Origin: Dehalococcoidia bacterium
GTDB taxonomy: Bacteria > Chloroflexota > Dehalococcoidia > UBA2979
NCBI GenBank assembly: GCA_965219085.1
Contig: OZ244720.1
Coordinates: 1,216,001-1,280,000, forward strand
Direction of reading: 5' to 3'
Length of the DNA: 64,000 nt
In this document: one piece after another, positions 11,320 to 21,068 of the stretch
Layout: each line of letters starts with the position of its first letter
How positions within the stretch are numbered: the first letter of the stretch is position 1
The notes under the pieces: generated by a model
Told to the model about the DNA's origin: nothing
Databases searched by the model: none
The model's input: the letters and a program-made list of their open reading frames with translations, nothing else
Made by a program: the position numbers and the translations under genes

Positions 11320-13182
11320 ATGACCGAACCCGAGAACACCCAACAATGGTGGTCGCCGGAGCTGAGCCGGCGAACGCTGCTACGAGGCAGCCTGCTTGGC
11401 GGGGTGGGCCTCGCCGCGGCCGCGCTCATCGGCTGCGGCGGCGACGACGACGATGACGATGACGACACGGTAGCCACCACGGACAGCTCCGGCGGCTCCG
11501 GCGGCACCGCCTCCGTGACCGTCAAGACCAGCTCCGACAGCGCCTCGGACGACTCCGCAGCGGCGGACGACGAGGCGGCCGGCGAGGGCATGCTGGTCCA
11601 CGACACGGACCTGCCCTACCCGTACCAGTTCCCCGAGCCCGCGGGAAAGACGCCCAAGGCGGGCGGCACGCTGCGGATTGCGGCCACCTGGAACGTCGCC
11701 AAGATGGACCCGACGACGTCCGCAGCAGGCGGCACGATCACCATCCCGAATATGGCCTACAACCGCCTGCTCGGCATGGTCGGCGGGCCGCGCAAGGACC
11801 CGTTCGCGATCGAGCTCGAGCCGGAACTGGCGGCGACGTGGGAGCGCTCGCCGGACGGCTCCGTGTTCACGTTCAACCTGCGCGAAGACATCAAGTGGCA
11901 GAACGTGCCTCCGCTCAACGGCCGCCCCTTCACCGCCGACGACGTGAAGTACGCCTACGACCGCTACGCCACGGAGGGCGTACACCAGTCGTACTGGGTG
12001 AACATCGCTTCGCGGGAGGCCGTGGACGACCACACGTTCAAGGCGACAATGGGGTCGGTCACCGCCGACTTCATCCTGCCGCTCGCGAGCCGCTACCAGA
12101 CGATCTTCCCCAGGGAGCTGGTGGATGACGGCAGCATCAACGAGAAGGTCATCGGCACTGGCCCGATGATCCTCGAGGAGGCCGAGGCCGGTAGCCACGC
12201 CGTCTTCAAGAAGAACCCCGACTACTTCGAGCGCGAGGTGCTGCTGGACGGCACCGAGTTCAGGCTGCGGGCGGACTACGCCGCGCGGCTGGCAGGATTC
12301 CGCGTCGGCCAGTTCGACTACGTGTATGGACTGGCCCCGAACATACAGTCGCTGAACGCCGTGCTGGACACGAACCCGGACACTCAGGTGAACCTCAACC
12401 CGGTGGTGAACTGCACCACCCCGTTCGGCATGAACCTCTCGAACCCGATGTTCACCGACGAGCGCGTCCGGCAGGCGATCACCCTCGCGATCGACGACGT
12501 GCTGCTGGAGGACCTGCTGTACGACGGGCTCGCAAAGACCCTTCCGCTACAGCCGTGGACGTTCGTGTACGACGAAGAGCCCACGATCGAGTCTGGCAAG
12601 CTCGGCCGGTGGTTCGGCCGGTACGACCCCGCGGAGGCAACGAAGCTGCTGGTGGCGGCCGGCGCGGAAGATCTCACGTTCGAGAACTTCTACCACAACT
12701 ACTCGTCGCCGGGCGGTGACCAGCGCGCCGAGGTCATGGTCGATCAGCTCGCGAACATCGGCATCACGATGAAGTCGCGGCACGTGGACTACACGGAGTT
12801 CAACTCGACGTGGGTGCCCGGGAAGCTGGAGGAAGCCTGCACGAGCTGCTGGCTCCCGGTCGGCTTCGACGCGGACAACTTCTTCTACAACGCGATCCAC
12901 TCCGAGTCGCCCGGCAATCGCTGGCGGCTCAACGACCCGCAGATCGACACCTGGGCGGAGCAGCAGCAGACCGAGATCGACCCGGACGCGCGCCGGGACC
13001 TCCACCAAACGATGTGGGACTACATCATGGACAAGGCATTCCACCCGCCTCTGCCGTCGGCGTTCTACATCGAGACCTACCAGCCGTGGCTGCGTGGCAT
13101 CCGCTTCGGCGGGGTGATGATCACCAACAGCTCGTACTACGACTGGGGCGACCAGGTCGCGGGGGCCTGGCTCGACAAGTAG
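11320..13182 (+). CDS. Tat-lipoprotein family-5 solute-binding protein, copy 7
   Basis: AGGAG RBS, MTEPENTQQWWSPELSRRTLL; start corrected from ORF track. Confidence 0.92.
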   Translation: MTEPENTQQWWSPELSRRTLLRGSLLGGVGLAAAALIGCGGDDDDDDDDTVATTDSSGGSGGTASVTVKTSSDSASDDSAAADDEAAGEGMLVHDTDLPYPYQFPEPAGKTPKAGGTLRIAATWNVAKMDPTTSAAGGTITIPNMAYNRLLGMVGGPRKDPFAIELEPELAATWERSPDGSVFTFNLREDIKWQNVPPLNGRPFTADDVKYAYDRYATEGVHQSYWVNIASREAVDDHTFKATMGSVTADFILPLASRYQTIFPRELVDDGSINEKVIGTGPMILEEAEAGSHAVFKKNPDYFEREVLLDGTEFRLRADYAARLAGFRVGQFDYVYGLAPNIQSLNAVLDTNPDTQVNLNPVVNCTTPFGMNLSNPMFTDERVRQAITLAIDDVLLEDLLYDGLAKTLPLQPWTFVYDEEPTIESGKLGRWFGRYDPAEATKLLVAAGAEDLTFENFYHNYSSPGGDQRAEVMVDQLANIGITMKSRHVDYTEFNSTWVPGKLEEACTSCWLPVGFDADNFFYNAIHSESPGNRWRLNDPQIDTWAEQQQTEIDPDARRDLHQTMWDYIMDKAFHPPLPSAFYIETYQPWLRGIRFGGVMITNSSYYDWGDQVAGAWLDK

Positions 13183-13220
13183 CGAGCACCTTCGGGCGCA
13201 CTCCTCGGTACGGAGTTTCG

Positions 13221-13244
13221 GCGGGCGGCCTGCGGGCCGCCCGC
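13221..13244 (+). terminator. Hairpin after SBP copy 7
   Basis: GCGGGCGGCC-TGCG-GGCCGCCCGC. Confidence 0.55.
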
Positions 13245-13301
13245 TCCGCGTTCGGCGTCGCGTGCCACGCCGCTAGCGGAGAGCCCGTGTAGGCTCGATC
13301 C

Positions 13302-14255
13302 ATGACGTCGAGCGCCGAGGTCACCTCAACCCCGCCGGCACGCACCCGCTCTGACGGCCTCGCCATCCACACGCAGGGCCTGCGCAAGTCCTACGGCGCC
13401 ATCGAGGCCGTGGCCGGCGTCGACCTCGCTATCGAGCACGGCCAGGTGTACGCGCTGCTCGGCCCGAACGGCGCGGGCAAGACGACGACCGTCGAGATCC
13501 TCGAGGGTCACCGCACGCGCGACGGCGGCGAGGTCAGCGTGCTCGGCCACGACCCCGCGCGGCGCGATCGCGCACTACTCCAGCGCATCGGCATCGTGTT
13601 GCAGACCACCGGCGTCGAGCCGTACCTGAAGGTCGCCGAGGCCATCGAGCAGTACCGCGGCTACTACCCGAACCCGCGCCCGCTCGACGAGATCATCGAG
13701 ATCGTCGGGCTCACGGAGCAGCGCGGCCAGCGCATCCGCAAGCTCTCCGGTGGGCAGCAGCGCCGCCTCGACGTGGCGATCGCGCTCGCCGGCGACCCGG
13801 AGCTGCTGTTCCTCGACGAGCCGACGACGGGCTTCGACCCGGCCGCGCGCCGCCAGGCGTGGGACATGGTGCGGAACCTGCGCTCCTCGGGCGCTACCGT
13901 GCTGCTCACCACGCACTACATGGACGAGGCCGAGCACCTCGCCGACCGCGTCGGCGTCATCGTCGGCGGCCGCATGGTCGCCGAAGGGACGCCCGAGGAC
14001 CTGATGGCGCAGAGCGCCGCGGCAGTCGTGTCGTTCCGGTTGCCGCCGACGCAGTCGCAGCTCCTCGACGGCATCGAGGGCGCGCGCGACGCGGGCGACG
14101 GGCGGTGCGAGGTGCAGACCGAGTCGCCGACTGCGCTGCTCCACGAATTGACCGGGCGCGCGCTCGACGCCGGCGCCGAGCTCGCCGAGCTGCGCGTCGA
14201 GCGCGCCACGCTCGAGGACGTCTACCTCGACCTCACATCGGGAGCGGCGTCGTGA
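13302..14255 (+). CDS. ABC-2 exporter ATP-binding protein (DrrA-like)
   Basis: Walker A GPNGAGKT, LSGGQ, LFLDEPTTG, H-loop TTH. Confidence 0.93.
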   Translation: MTSSAEVTSTPPARTRSDGLAIHTQGLRKSYGAIEAVAGVDLAIEHGQVYALLGPNGAGKTTTVEILEGHRTRDGGEVSVLGHDPARRDRALLQRIGIVLQTTGVEPYLKVAEAIEQYRGYYPNPRPLDEIIEIVGLTEQRGQRIRKLSGGQQRRLDVAIALAGDPELLFLDEPTTGFDPAARRQAWDMVRNLRSSGATVLLTTHYMDEAEHLADRVGVIVGGRMVAEGTPEDLMAQSAAAVVSFRLPPTQSQLLDGIEGARDAGDGRCEVQTESPTALLHELTGRALDAGAELAELRVERATLEDVYLDLTSGAAS

Positions 14256-15028
14256 CCACTGCACGGCTGCTGGTCCGACAGCTGCGCTACGAGCGACTGG
14301 CGTTCACGCGGAACCCGGCCGCGGCGTTCTTCACGTTCTTCTTCCCGCTCATCTTCCTCGTGATCTTCAACGTCATATTCGGCAACGAGACCATCCGGCT
14401 CGAGGGCGGCGAGACGAACACGTCGACGTTCTACATCCCGACGATCGCGGCGTTCTCGGTGATCAACGCGTGCTACACGGGCCTCGCGATGTCGATCTCG
14501 TTCGCTCGCGACCAGGGCCAGCTGAAACGCGTGGCCGGGACGCCGCTGCCGAAGGGCGCCTACCTGGGCGCGAAGGTGGTGTTCATGACGATGATCGCGA
14601 TCGTGCTCGTCGCGGTCGTCACCGCGTTCGGCGCCGTCTTCTACAGCGTCGACGTGCCCACGGGCACGCTGCCGGCGTTCGCGCTCACGCTCGCCGTGGG
14701 CGCGGCCGCCTTCGCGATGCTCGGGCTGGCGACGACGGCGTTCGTCCCGAACGCCGAGGCGGCCCCGGCGGTGGTGAACGCGATCATCCTGCCGCTGCTC
14801 TTCATCTCGGACGTCTTCATCCCGCTGCGCGACAACGCGCCGGTCTGGCTCGGGCTTGCGGGGGACCTGTTCCCCGTCAAGCACCTCTCGCTCGCCTCGC
14901 AGGCGGCGTTCGACCCGTTCGAGGAGGGCTCGGGGCTGCGGCTCGGGCACCTCGCGGTGATGGCGGGGTGGGGGATCGCGGGCGGAGTGGTGGCGTTGTG
15001 GCGCTTCCGGTGGGAGCCGAACCGCTGA
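14252..15028 (+). CDS. ABC-2 type permease
   Basis: GTGA overlap with ATPase; about six hydrophobic segments; RNPAAAFFT motif. Confidence 0.88.
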   Translation: MTTARLLVRQLRYERLAFTRNPAAAFFTFFFPLIFLVIFNVIFGNETIRLEGGETNTSTFYIPTIAAFSVINACYTGLAMSISFARDQGQLKRVAGTPLPKGAYLGAKVVFMTMIAIVLVAVVTAFGAVFYSVDVPTGTLPAFALTLAVGAAAFAMLGLATTAFVPNAEAAPAVVNAIILPLLFISDVFIPLRDNAPVWLGLAGDLFPVKHLSLASQAAFDPFEEGSGLRLGHLAVMAGWGIAGGVVALWRFRWEPNR

Positions 15029-15049
15029 CGCCAGAAGCTCAGCCTCGGC

Positions 15050-15295
15050 CTACGTGTATTCCGCAAGGTCGCCGATCCCGATAGCCCGGACGCCCTCGAT
15101 CTCCTCGACGTTCGCGACGGCTGACAGGACTGCGTCCTCGAAGGTTGGGGCCTCGCTGTCGAAGTCGAGGTACTGAACGCCACAGCTGCGCCCGACGACC
15201 GCATCGTCGCAGCCGTGCTCGTAGAGCGCGTCGATCCGCTCTCCGTCCTGCAGGTCCGGCCCCTCAACGAACAACGTGAAGCCATGAGTCGTCAT
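15050..15295 (-). CDS. Small hypothetical protein (N-terminal domain of a putative DNA-binding/antitoxin-like family, HTH missing)
   Basis: GAGG RBS before MTTHGFTL; DALYEHGCDDA..G..LDFD.EA motif. Confidence 0.5.
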   Translation of the reverse strand: MTTHGFTLFVEGPDLQDGERIDALYEHGCDDAVVGRSCGVQYLDFDSEAPTFEDAVLSAVANVEEIEGVRAIGIGDLAEYT

Positions 15296-15414
15296 GGATG
15301 CGTCCTCGCGATACCCGTACGAACCGATGCCGTAGCCCTCTTGACTACGACACAACAGGAGCTCGCGCGGCGTCAAGCGGGTCGATCCGCGAGCGCGCCC
15401 TCAAGCGACCGCCT

Positions 15415-16782
15415 CTACCCAATCGCGTCGATGAGCAAGGTCGCGAGGCTGAGGAACACGAGGAAGCCCACGACGTCCGTCGCAGTCGTCAGCCAGATGC
15501 CGGCCGACAGCGCCGGGTCCTGGCGGAACCGCTGCAGCCCCATCGGGATCAACACCCCGGCGACCACGCCCACGAGCATGTTCGCCGCGAGCGCGATGCC
15601 GACGACGAGGCCGAGCGCCGCGTTCTCCTGCCACAGCCACGCCGCCACCCCGACGGCGGCGCCGATCACCACACCGTTGACCAGGCCCGTGGCCGCCTCG
15701 TGCAGCACGACGCGCCACAGGTTGCGCCCCGCGAGGCGGCCGACCGCGAGCGAGCGGATGACGACGGTGAGCGTCTGGATGCCCGTGTTACCGCCCTGCC
15801 CCGCCACCACCGGCAGGAACGCCGCCAGCACCGCGACGCGCGCGACGGTGTCCTCGAACGCCGCCACGACGGCCGCCGCGCCCAGCACCGTCACGAGGTT
15901 CACCATCAGCCACGGGAGCCGGAACCGGATCGAGCGACGCACGCTCCGCAGGTCCTCGTCCTCGTGGACGCCGACCTGCCGGAACATGTCCTCGGTCGCC
16001 TCGTCCTCGAGCACGTCGATGAGGTCGTCGGCGGTCAGCGCGCCGAGCAGGTGCCCGTCGTCGTCGACCACCGGCAGCGAGAGCAGCTTGTAGCGCTTGA
16101 GCAGGCGCGCGGCCTCCTCCTGGTCGGTCGAGGCCGTGACCGAGAACACGTCGGGCGTCGCGAGTTCCGTGATGGGGGTCTCGGCAGGCGCGATCAACAG
16201 CGATCGCAGGTTGACGACTCCGCCGAGGCGGCCGTCGGCATCGCGGATGTACACGTAGAACGGCTGCGTCGCGTCGGGCTGGATGGAGCGCAGGTCGTCG
16301 ATCACGTCGGCGGCGACGCGGTCCGGCAGGATGGCGATGAGCTGGCCGGTCATGCGGCCGCCCGCGGTGTCCTCGCCGTGTTCGAGGAGCGCGGCGATGG
16401 CGTGCTGCTGGCGCAGCGGGACGGCGGCGAGTACCTCGCGGCTGATGTCCTCGGGAAGCTCCTGGACGATGTCCGTGGCGATGTCGTCGGCGACGTTCTC
16501 CAGGACGCGCGCGATGCGGTCCGGCTCCAGGCCGACGAGCAGGTCCTCGCGGTAGTGCGGTTCGAGGTAGGCAAGCGCGGAACCCAGCTCGCGCGGCGTC
16601 AGGCGCTGCACGAGCAGGTCGGTGACCTCGTTGTCGACGCCGGCGAAGGCCTCCGCGAGTTGCGCGGGGTGCAACTCGTACGCGAGCGTCAGCGCGCCGA
16701 GCTGGTCCCCGGCCTCGATGCGCGACGCCATCGCCGCCACGGGGTCGAACGGGGCGGCGCGATCGTCCGGCGCGGCGGTCAT
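15415..16782 (-). CDS. mgtE: Magnesium transporter MgtE
   Basis: TAGGRM, CBS pair, RLPWL, GQGGNTGIQ, DPA..A..TT.TD. Confidence 0.93.
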   Translation of the reverse strand: MTAAPDDRAAPFDPVAAMASRIEAGDQLGALTLAYELHPAQLAEAFAGVDNEVTDLLVQRLTPRELGSALAYLEPHYREDLLVGLEPDRIARVLENVADDIATDIVQELPEDISREVLAAVPLRQQHAIAALLEHGEDTAGGRMTGQLIAILPDRVAADVIDDLRSIQPDATQPFYVYIRDADGRLGGVVNLRSLLIAPAETPITELATPDVFSVTASTDQEEAARLLKRYKLLSLPVVDDDGHLLGALTADDLIDVLEDEATEDMFRQVGVHEDEDLRSVRRSIRFRLPWLMVNLVTVLGAAAVVAAFEDTVARVAVLAAFLPVVAGQGGNTGIQTLTVVIRSLAVGRLAGRNLWRVVLHEAATGLVNGVVIGAAVGVAAWLWQENAALGLVVGIALAANMLVGVVAGVLIPMGLQRFRQDPALSAGIWLTTATDVVGFLVFLSLATLLIDAIG

Positions 16783-16840
16783 GCGAGTGGCCTCATTGGG
16801 ACGATTGTACGCAGCCGCGCGCCGCCGCCCGCGCGTGTCG

Positions 16841-17296
16841 TCAGCGGCGCCCGCCGCCGAAGAAACGCCGGACGGAACCCCACACGCCGCCGCCGCCGCG
16901 GCTGCCAAGGCCGTCGAGGAACTCACCCCACGCCGCCTCCGCGGAGGAGGAGCGCTTCAGGTCGCGTACACGCTCGTCGATGATGTCGCGGACGCGGCCC
17001 TCCTCGCCGGCGTCGAGCCAGAAGCCGTGCTCGTCGCGGCACGTGTCGATCTCAAGGTCGTAGGCACGGTAGTTGAACGCGGCCATCGGCTCCTCGCACA
17101 CCGGGCAGCGCAACTCCGAGTCGCGCTCGGAGAAGCGGATCGTGCCGCGGCGCTCACCCTCGTCGGCCCGAGTGGCCTCCAGTTCGTCGAGCTCGTGGTG
17201 GTCGAGCCAGCGGCCGTTACAGGTCCCGCAATGGTCGACCTCGATGCCGTGCATCCGCTCCTCGATCAGGTCCGTACCGTCCCTCGGGCATTGCAT
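16841..17296 (-). CDS. Tandem zf-TFIIB zinc-ribbon protein
   Basis: CPRD..EVDHC..C.G.WLD..EL and CPVC..EIDTC...G.WLDAGE. Confidence 0.8.
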   Translation of the reverse strand: MQCPRDGTDLIEERMHGIEVDHCGTCNGRWLDHHELDELEATRADEGERRGTIRFSERDSELRCPVCEEPMAAFNYRAYDLEIDTCRDEHGFWLDAGEEGRVRDIIDERVRDLKRSSSAEAAWGEFLDGLGSRGGGGVWGSVRRFFGGGRR

Positions 17297-17428
17297 CGAT
17301 GTGGCCTCGAATCAGGAATTGCGTGCTCGGATCGGCGCTGCCGGGATGCCGCTGCGCGGTGTCGATCAAGTGTACCAGCGCGGTGTCGCGGAGCCGGTCA
17401 CAAAGTGCCTGCGTGGTAGGATGCCGCC

Positions 17429-17944
17429 ATGACCAGCGACTCCCCGGCCGTCGACCCCCGGCACTTCCGCGACGTGGCCGGCTCCTTCGCGACGGGCGTC
17501 ACGGTAGTGACCACGCACGACGACGAACACGGCCCACGCGGCCTCACCGCGAACGCCGTGGCCTCGCTCTCACTCGACCCCGCGCTGTTCCTCGTGTGCG
17601 TCGACCTGCACGCCGGGTCGTACGAGGCGATGGCGCGCGCGGGCCGCTTCGCGATCAACATGCTCGCGGCCGACCAGGAGGGCGTCTCGCAGTTCTTCGC
17701 GCGCCCCAACGACCCGGATGAGCCGATGGGCCCGCACGCCTGGCGGATGAGCGAGCAGGGCTCGCCGCTGCTGGAGGGCGCGATCGCGTGGGTGGACTGC
17801 CGGACACACTCGGTCCTCGACGGCGGCGACCACAAGATCTTCGTGGGTGAGGTGGTGGGCTGCGAGGTGGCGCGCCCGGACGCCGAGCCGCTGCTGTTTT
17901 TCCGAGGCCGCTACCGTGCGATTGGCCCGGCGGACTCTCAGTAG
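17429..17944 (+). CDS. Flavin reductase family protein
   Basis: FR..AG.FATGVTVVT, SLSLDP, GGDH.IFVGEV, PLLFFRGRY. Confidence 0.92.
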   Translation: MTSDSPAVDPRHFRDVAGSFATGVTVVTTHDDEHGPRGLTANAVASLSLDPALFLVCVDLHAGSYEAMARAGRFAINMLAADQEGVSQFFARPNDPDEPMGPHAWRMSEQGSPLLEGAIAWVDCRTHSVLDGGDHKIFVGEVVGCEVARPDAEPLLFFRGRYRAIGPADSQ

Positions 17945-17955
17945 TAGCCAGCTCC

Positions 17956-18366
17956 CTATGGTGCTTCAGCACGCACCAGTTGCGAGAGCAGAGCGGGCGC
18001 ACGCACGATCCGGATGCCCTCGTACTCCCCGATTGGCAGGAGGTGCTGACGGTCGCCCGTCACGAGGTAGTCCGCCTCCGCCGCGCACGCCAGTATCCGG
18101 TTGTCGGCGTGGCCGCCCGCGACCACCTCGACGAGACTGTGAGGCTCAATGATCGTCGCCGCGTCGCGCAGCATCGCGATTGCCTGCGACGATCGCGCCT
18201 CGCTCCAACCGAACTTCCGCGTGAGCACTCCCGCGACTTCCGCGAGGATGAAGGGCGAGAGCACCAGCTCGAACCGCCCCCGGCGGCCGTACTCAAGCAC
18301 CAACCGCTCGTTGCCGGGGAAGTTGAGGGCGGACACCACGACATTGGTGTCCAGGACGACCCTCAT
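17956..18366 (-). CDS. PIN-domain toxin (VapC-like)
   Basis: VVLDTNVVVSA, D.RILACA, ADYLVTGD..LL. Confidence 0.9.
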   Translation of the reverse strand: MRVVLDTNVVVSALNFPGNERLVLEYGRRGRFELVLSPFILAEVAGVLTRKFGWSEARSSQAIAMLRDAATIIEPHSLVEVVAGGHADNRILACAAEADYLVTGDRQHLLPIGEYEGIRIVRAPALLSQLVRAEAP

Positions 18367-18620
18367 CCGCGTCCGGTGCCCGCCTCGGCCCGGTACTCCG
18401 CGACGAGGCGCTCGACATCGTCGGGGCTGATCCCGGCCCGTCTCGCCTGCTGCTCACCGTACTCGATGAGTTCCTGCCACTCCCACTCTTCCATGTAGCG
18501 GAGGAGCGCTTCCCGGACGAACGCGGAGCGCGTCCGTCCGTCCCGGCCGGTCAGCTCGTCCAATCGGTCAGACATCTCGGGCGGCAGGGAGAAGGTGATC
18601 GTCCTGGTGGTTCGAGGCAT
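18363..18620 (-). CDS. CopG/RHH antitoxin
   Basis: ITFSLP...LD...GRTRS.FVREAL; ATGA overlap with PIN gene. Confidence 0.87.
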   Translation of the reverse strand: MPRTTRTITFSLPPEMSDRLDELTGRDGRTRSAFVREALLRYMEEWEWQELIEYGEQQARRAGISPDDVERLVAEYRAEAGTGRG

Positions 18621-18768
18621 GGGCCGTCCGGTTATTACTGCGTCTTACTACAGACTGCTTCTCCAACGCCGGTCGCGTCAAGCCGGTGCTGCTCGGCCGT
18701 GCGCACGGTTGGCGCATCCCCACAGCCTGTTACACTCGATGCAGCGGCCGTGGGCCGCGTCTCCACGT

Positions 18769-18846
18769 GGTGGGTGTCGCCTAGCGGTCTAAGGCGCCAG
18801 GTTGTGGCCCTGGAGAGCGGGGGTTCAAATCCCCTCACCCACCCCA
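18769..18846 (+). tRNA. tRNA-His (GTG)
   Basis: G-1, acceptor GTGGGTG/CACCCAC, anticodon arm CCAGG-TTGTGGC-CCTGG, T-loop GGTTCAAATCC, encoded CCA. Confidence 0.97.
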
Positions 18847-18929
18847 ACACTTCCCATCTATCACGCACGTCTATCACGCACGCGACCGTGCTACGATCGT
18901 TGTGCTCCAACCACCGCCCGGGAGGCACC

Positions 18930-20138
18930 ATGCACCTTCGGCTTGCGCTGCCCGCGGCCCTCCTCGCCGCGCTGCTCGCGCTCTTCGCCGTCGCCTGCGG
19001 TGGCGACAACGACGCCACCGTCGAGGAACCCACCGACCCGACCAACGACTTCGCCGCCCGCGTCCTCCAGCTCGGCGAACCCCTCGACACCGTCATCGAG
19101 ACGCGCAACGGCGAGCTCGTGCCCGGGCTGCAGGCCATCCTCAACCCGGAGGCGCTGACGGTCCTCGGGAACGCCATCGAGGATGGCGACGAGCGGGTCA
19201 CCCTCATCGCGGAGACGGCGGGCATGACCCCCGAGGAGTTCCGCGCCGCGTGGGAAGCCGACCGCGCCCAGGCGTTCGCGCAGTTCGCCGCCGGACTCCG
19301 CGACGCCGAGGACCCGCAGGCTATCCGCGATGATCTGTTCCTCTCGGACATCGCCGCACTCCCGGTGCATCCCGACGCGGTGCTCGTCGCCAGCGGACGC
19401 ATCGACAACCCGGACGGCTCGCAACGCTACTTCATCGTCTTCGACCTCATCGGCTCGCCGGCCGACATCGAGCAGACGGTCGCGGAGCAGCTCGACCAGT
19501 CGCCGTGGCAGGCCACCGGTGGGCAGTCGTCCGAGGAGATCGCGATCGTCCAGTTCCAGAGCACCGTGAGCGCGGACGTACAGGGCGTGGCCTGGGTGCA
19601 GCCCATCCTCTCGAGCGCCACACTCACAGCGGCTGCAGCCGAAGCTGCCGCAGCCGAGGGCGAGGGCGAGGGCGAGGGCGACGCCACGGACGCGGGCGCG
19701 CCGACCCTGGAAGGCCCGCTCGCCAGCCTGCTCTACCTCATCCAGGTCTTGCCGCCCACCACGTCCGAACCACCCGACTTCGAGCTGCCCGAGGGCCGGC
19801 CGCTGCCCGCGGCGTTCCCGGCCGCATTCCTGGTCGACGACGACATGACGGTCGTCAGCACGGCGTGGAGGACCCAGCCCGGCGCGACCGCGTACCAGAT
19901 CACCGTGCTCTCGAGCGGATCGAGCTTCGACCTTGCGGAGGACTACCGTGAGCGCCTCGAAGGTGAGGGCTGGGAACTGACCGCCGACGAAGCGGTCGGC
20001 TTCGCGACAGTCCTGGGGTTTGCCTCGGAGAGCGACGGCATCCAGGGTCAGATCCAGCTCGACGCCTTCCAGGAGGACGAGGGCTACACCCAGGTCATCC
20101 TCGAACTACAGGTCAGCTCACGGACGCCCAGCGAGTAG
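18930..20138 (+). CDS. Acidic hypothetical lipoprotein
   Basis: GGAGG RBS, signal ending AVAC-GG; GC3-rich frame. Confidence 0.8.
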   Translation: MHLRLALPAALLAALLALFAVACGGDNDATVEEPTDPTNDFAARVLQLGEPLDTVIETRNGELVPGLQAILNPEALTVLGNAIEDGDERVTLIAETAGMTPEEFRAAWEADRAQAFAQFAAGLRDAEDPQAIRDDLFLSDIAALPVHPDAVLVASGRIDNPDGSQRYFIVFDLIGSPADIEQTVAEQLDQSPWQATGGQSSEEIAIVQFQSTVSADVQGVAWVQPILSSATLTAAAAEAAAAEGEGEGEGDATDAGAPTLEGPLASLLYLIQVLPPTTSEPPDFELPEGRPLPAAFPAAFLVDDDMTVVSTAWRTQPGATAYQITVLSSGSSFDLAEDYRERLEGEGWELTADEAVGFATVLGFASESDGIQGQIQLDAFQEDEGYTQVILELQVSSRTPSE

Positions 20139-20265
20139 GCCCGACCAGGGCCGGCTCGTGACGCCGGCGGCCGGCCGAGGCGCCCCGGCGCCGGCATGGA
20201 AATGCGACAATGGCTACGTCGGGTCCTCCACCGAACCGGGGGACGCCCGGAAGGCGGGCGGCGAG

Positions 20266-20676
20266 GTGACGACCAGCGCGCGATGCACCTACGGAGGCGG
20301 GTTGCTGCGCCGCGGCTGCGGGCAGGCCGCCGTGACCGACTGCGTCTACTGCGCCCGTCCGTTCTGCGAGGAGCACGGCCAGCGCGGCGCGCAGTACATG
20401 GACGTGTGCAGCCGCACGCGCTGCCAGCGGAAGCGCGAAGACCTGGACGCCCACACCGAGTGGCGGGCCCGCATGGAGCTCTCGAACCGCGTGAGCGTGT
20501 GCGCCGACGAGCGCTGCGACTCGCGGATGCGCCACGAGTGCTCGCGCTGCCGGCTGCTGTTCTGCGCCGACCATGTCCGCGAGATGCGCGGCCGCGACTC
20601 GAGCCGGCAACGGCCGGCCGGCATCAAGGCGCTGGTGTGCGCCCACTGCGGCGAGCGCCGCAAGATCTGGACCTAA
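20266..20676 (+). CDS. Cys-rich multi-zinc-finger protein (AN1/B-box-like)
   Basis: Two C-x-C..CxxC..FC.xH units plus CxxC; start uncertain. Confidence 0.7.
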   Translation: MTTSARCTYGGGLLRRGCGQAAVTDCVYCARPFCEEHGQRGAQYMDVCSRTRCQRKREDLDAHTEWRARMELSNRVSVCADERCDSRMRHECSRCRLLFCADHVREMRGRDSSRQRPAGIKALVCAHCGERRKIWT

Positions 20677-21068
20677 CTGTACTGACCACACCCAACGGAG
20701 AGCGCCATCGCGGGGGGCCTCATCGCCCCGCCTCGCCTTCCGCCACCAGTTCCCCGTCGGTGCTGGCTCGTATCAGCCCCCTCATGTCCCATCCGTCCGG
20801 GGCGACCGTGTAGAGCACCACGTCGGCGTGGGGGCAAACATCGAGATTGCTGCAACTCGAAAACGGCGCCAGGCGGACGGCAAGCCGCGTGCCCGCTGGA
20901 GACCAGGCCAGGCCCAGAGCGTCGTTGATGGGCGGGGCAACGCGGTGGATCCGCTGCGACCCTTCAACAGAGACGGCAAACAGCCCTCCATCCGGATCGA
21001 TCGAGGAGGACCGCGGGCCGTATACCTCGTCGCCGCTGCGCGACCACAGCAGCGGCCCGAACTGCCCT

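Noticed and set aside
1-13182. Diversity-generating retroelement or invertase shufflon driving SBP variation
   Set aside because: No reverse transcriptase, template repeat or invertase in the window
13302-15028. Cognate transporter for the SBP array
   Set aside because: ABC-2 exporter type, not an Opp/Dpp importer
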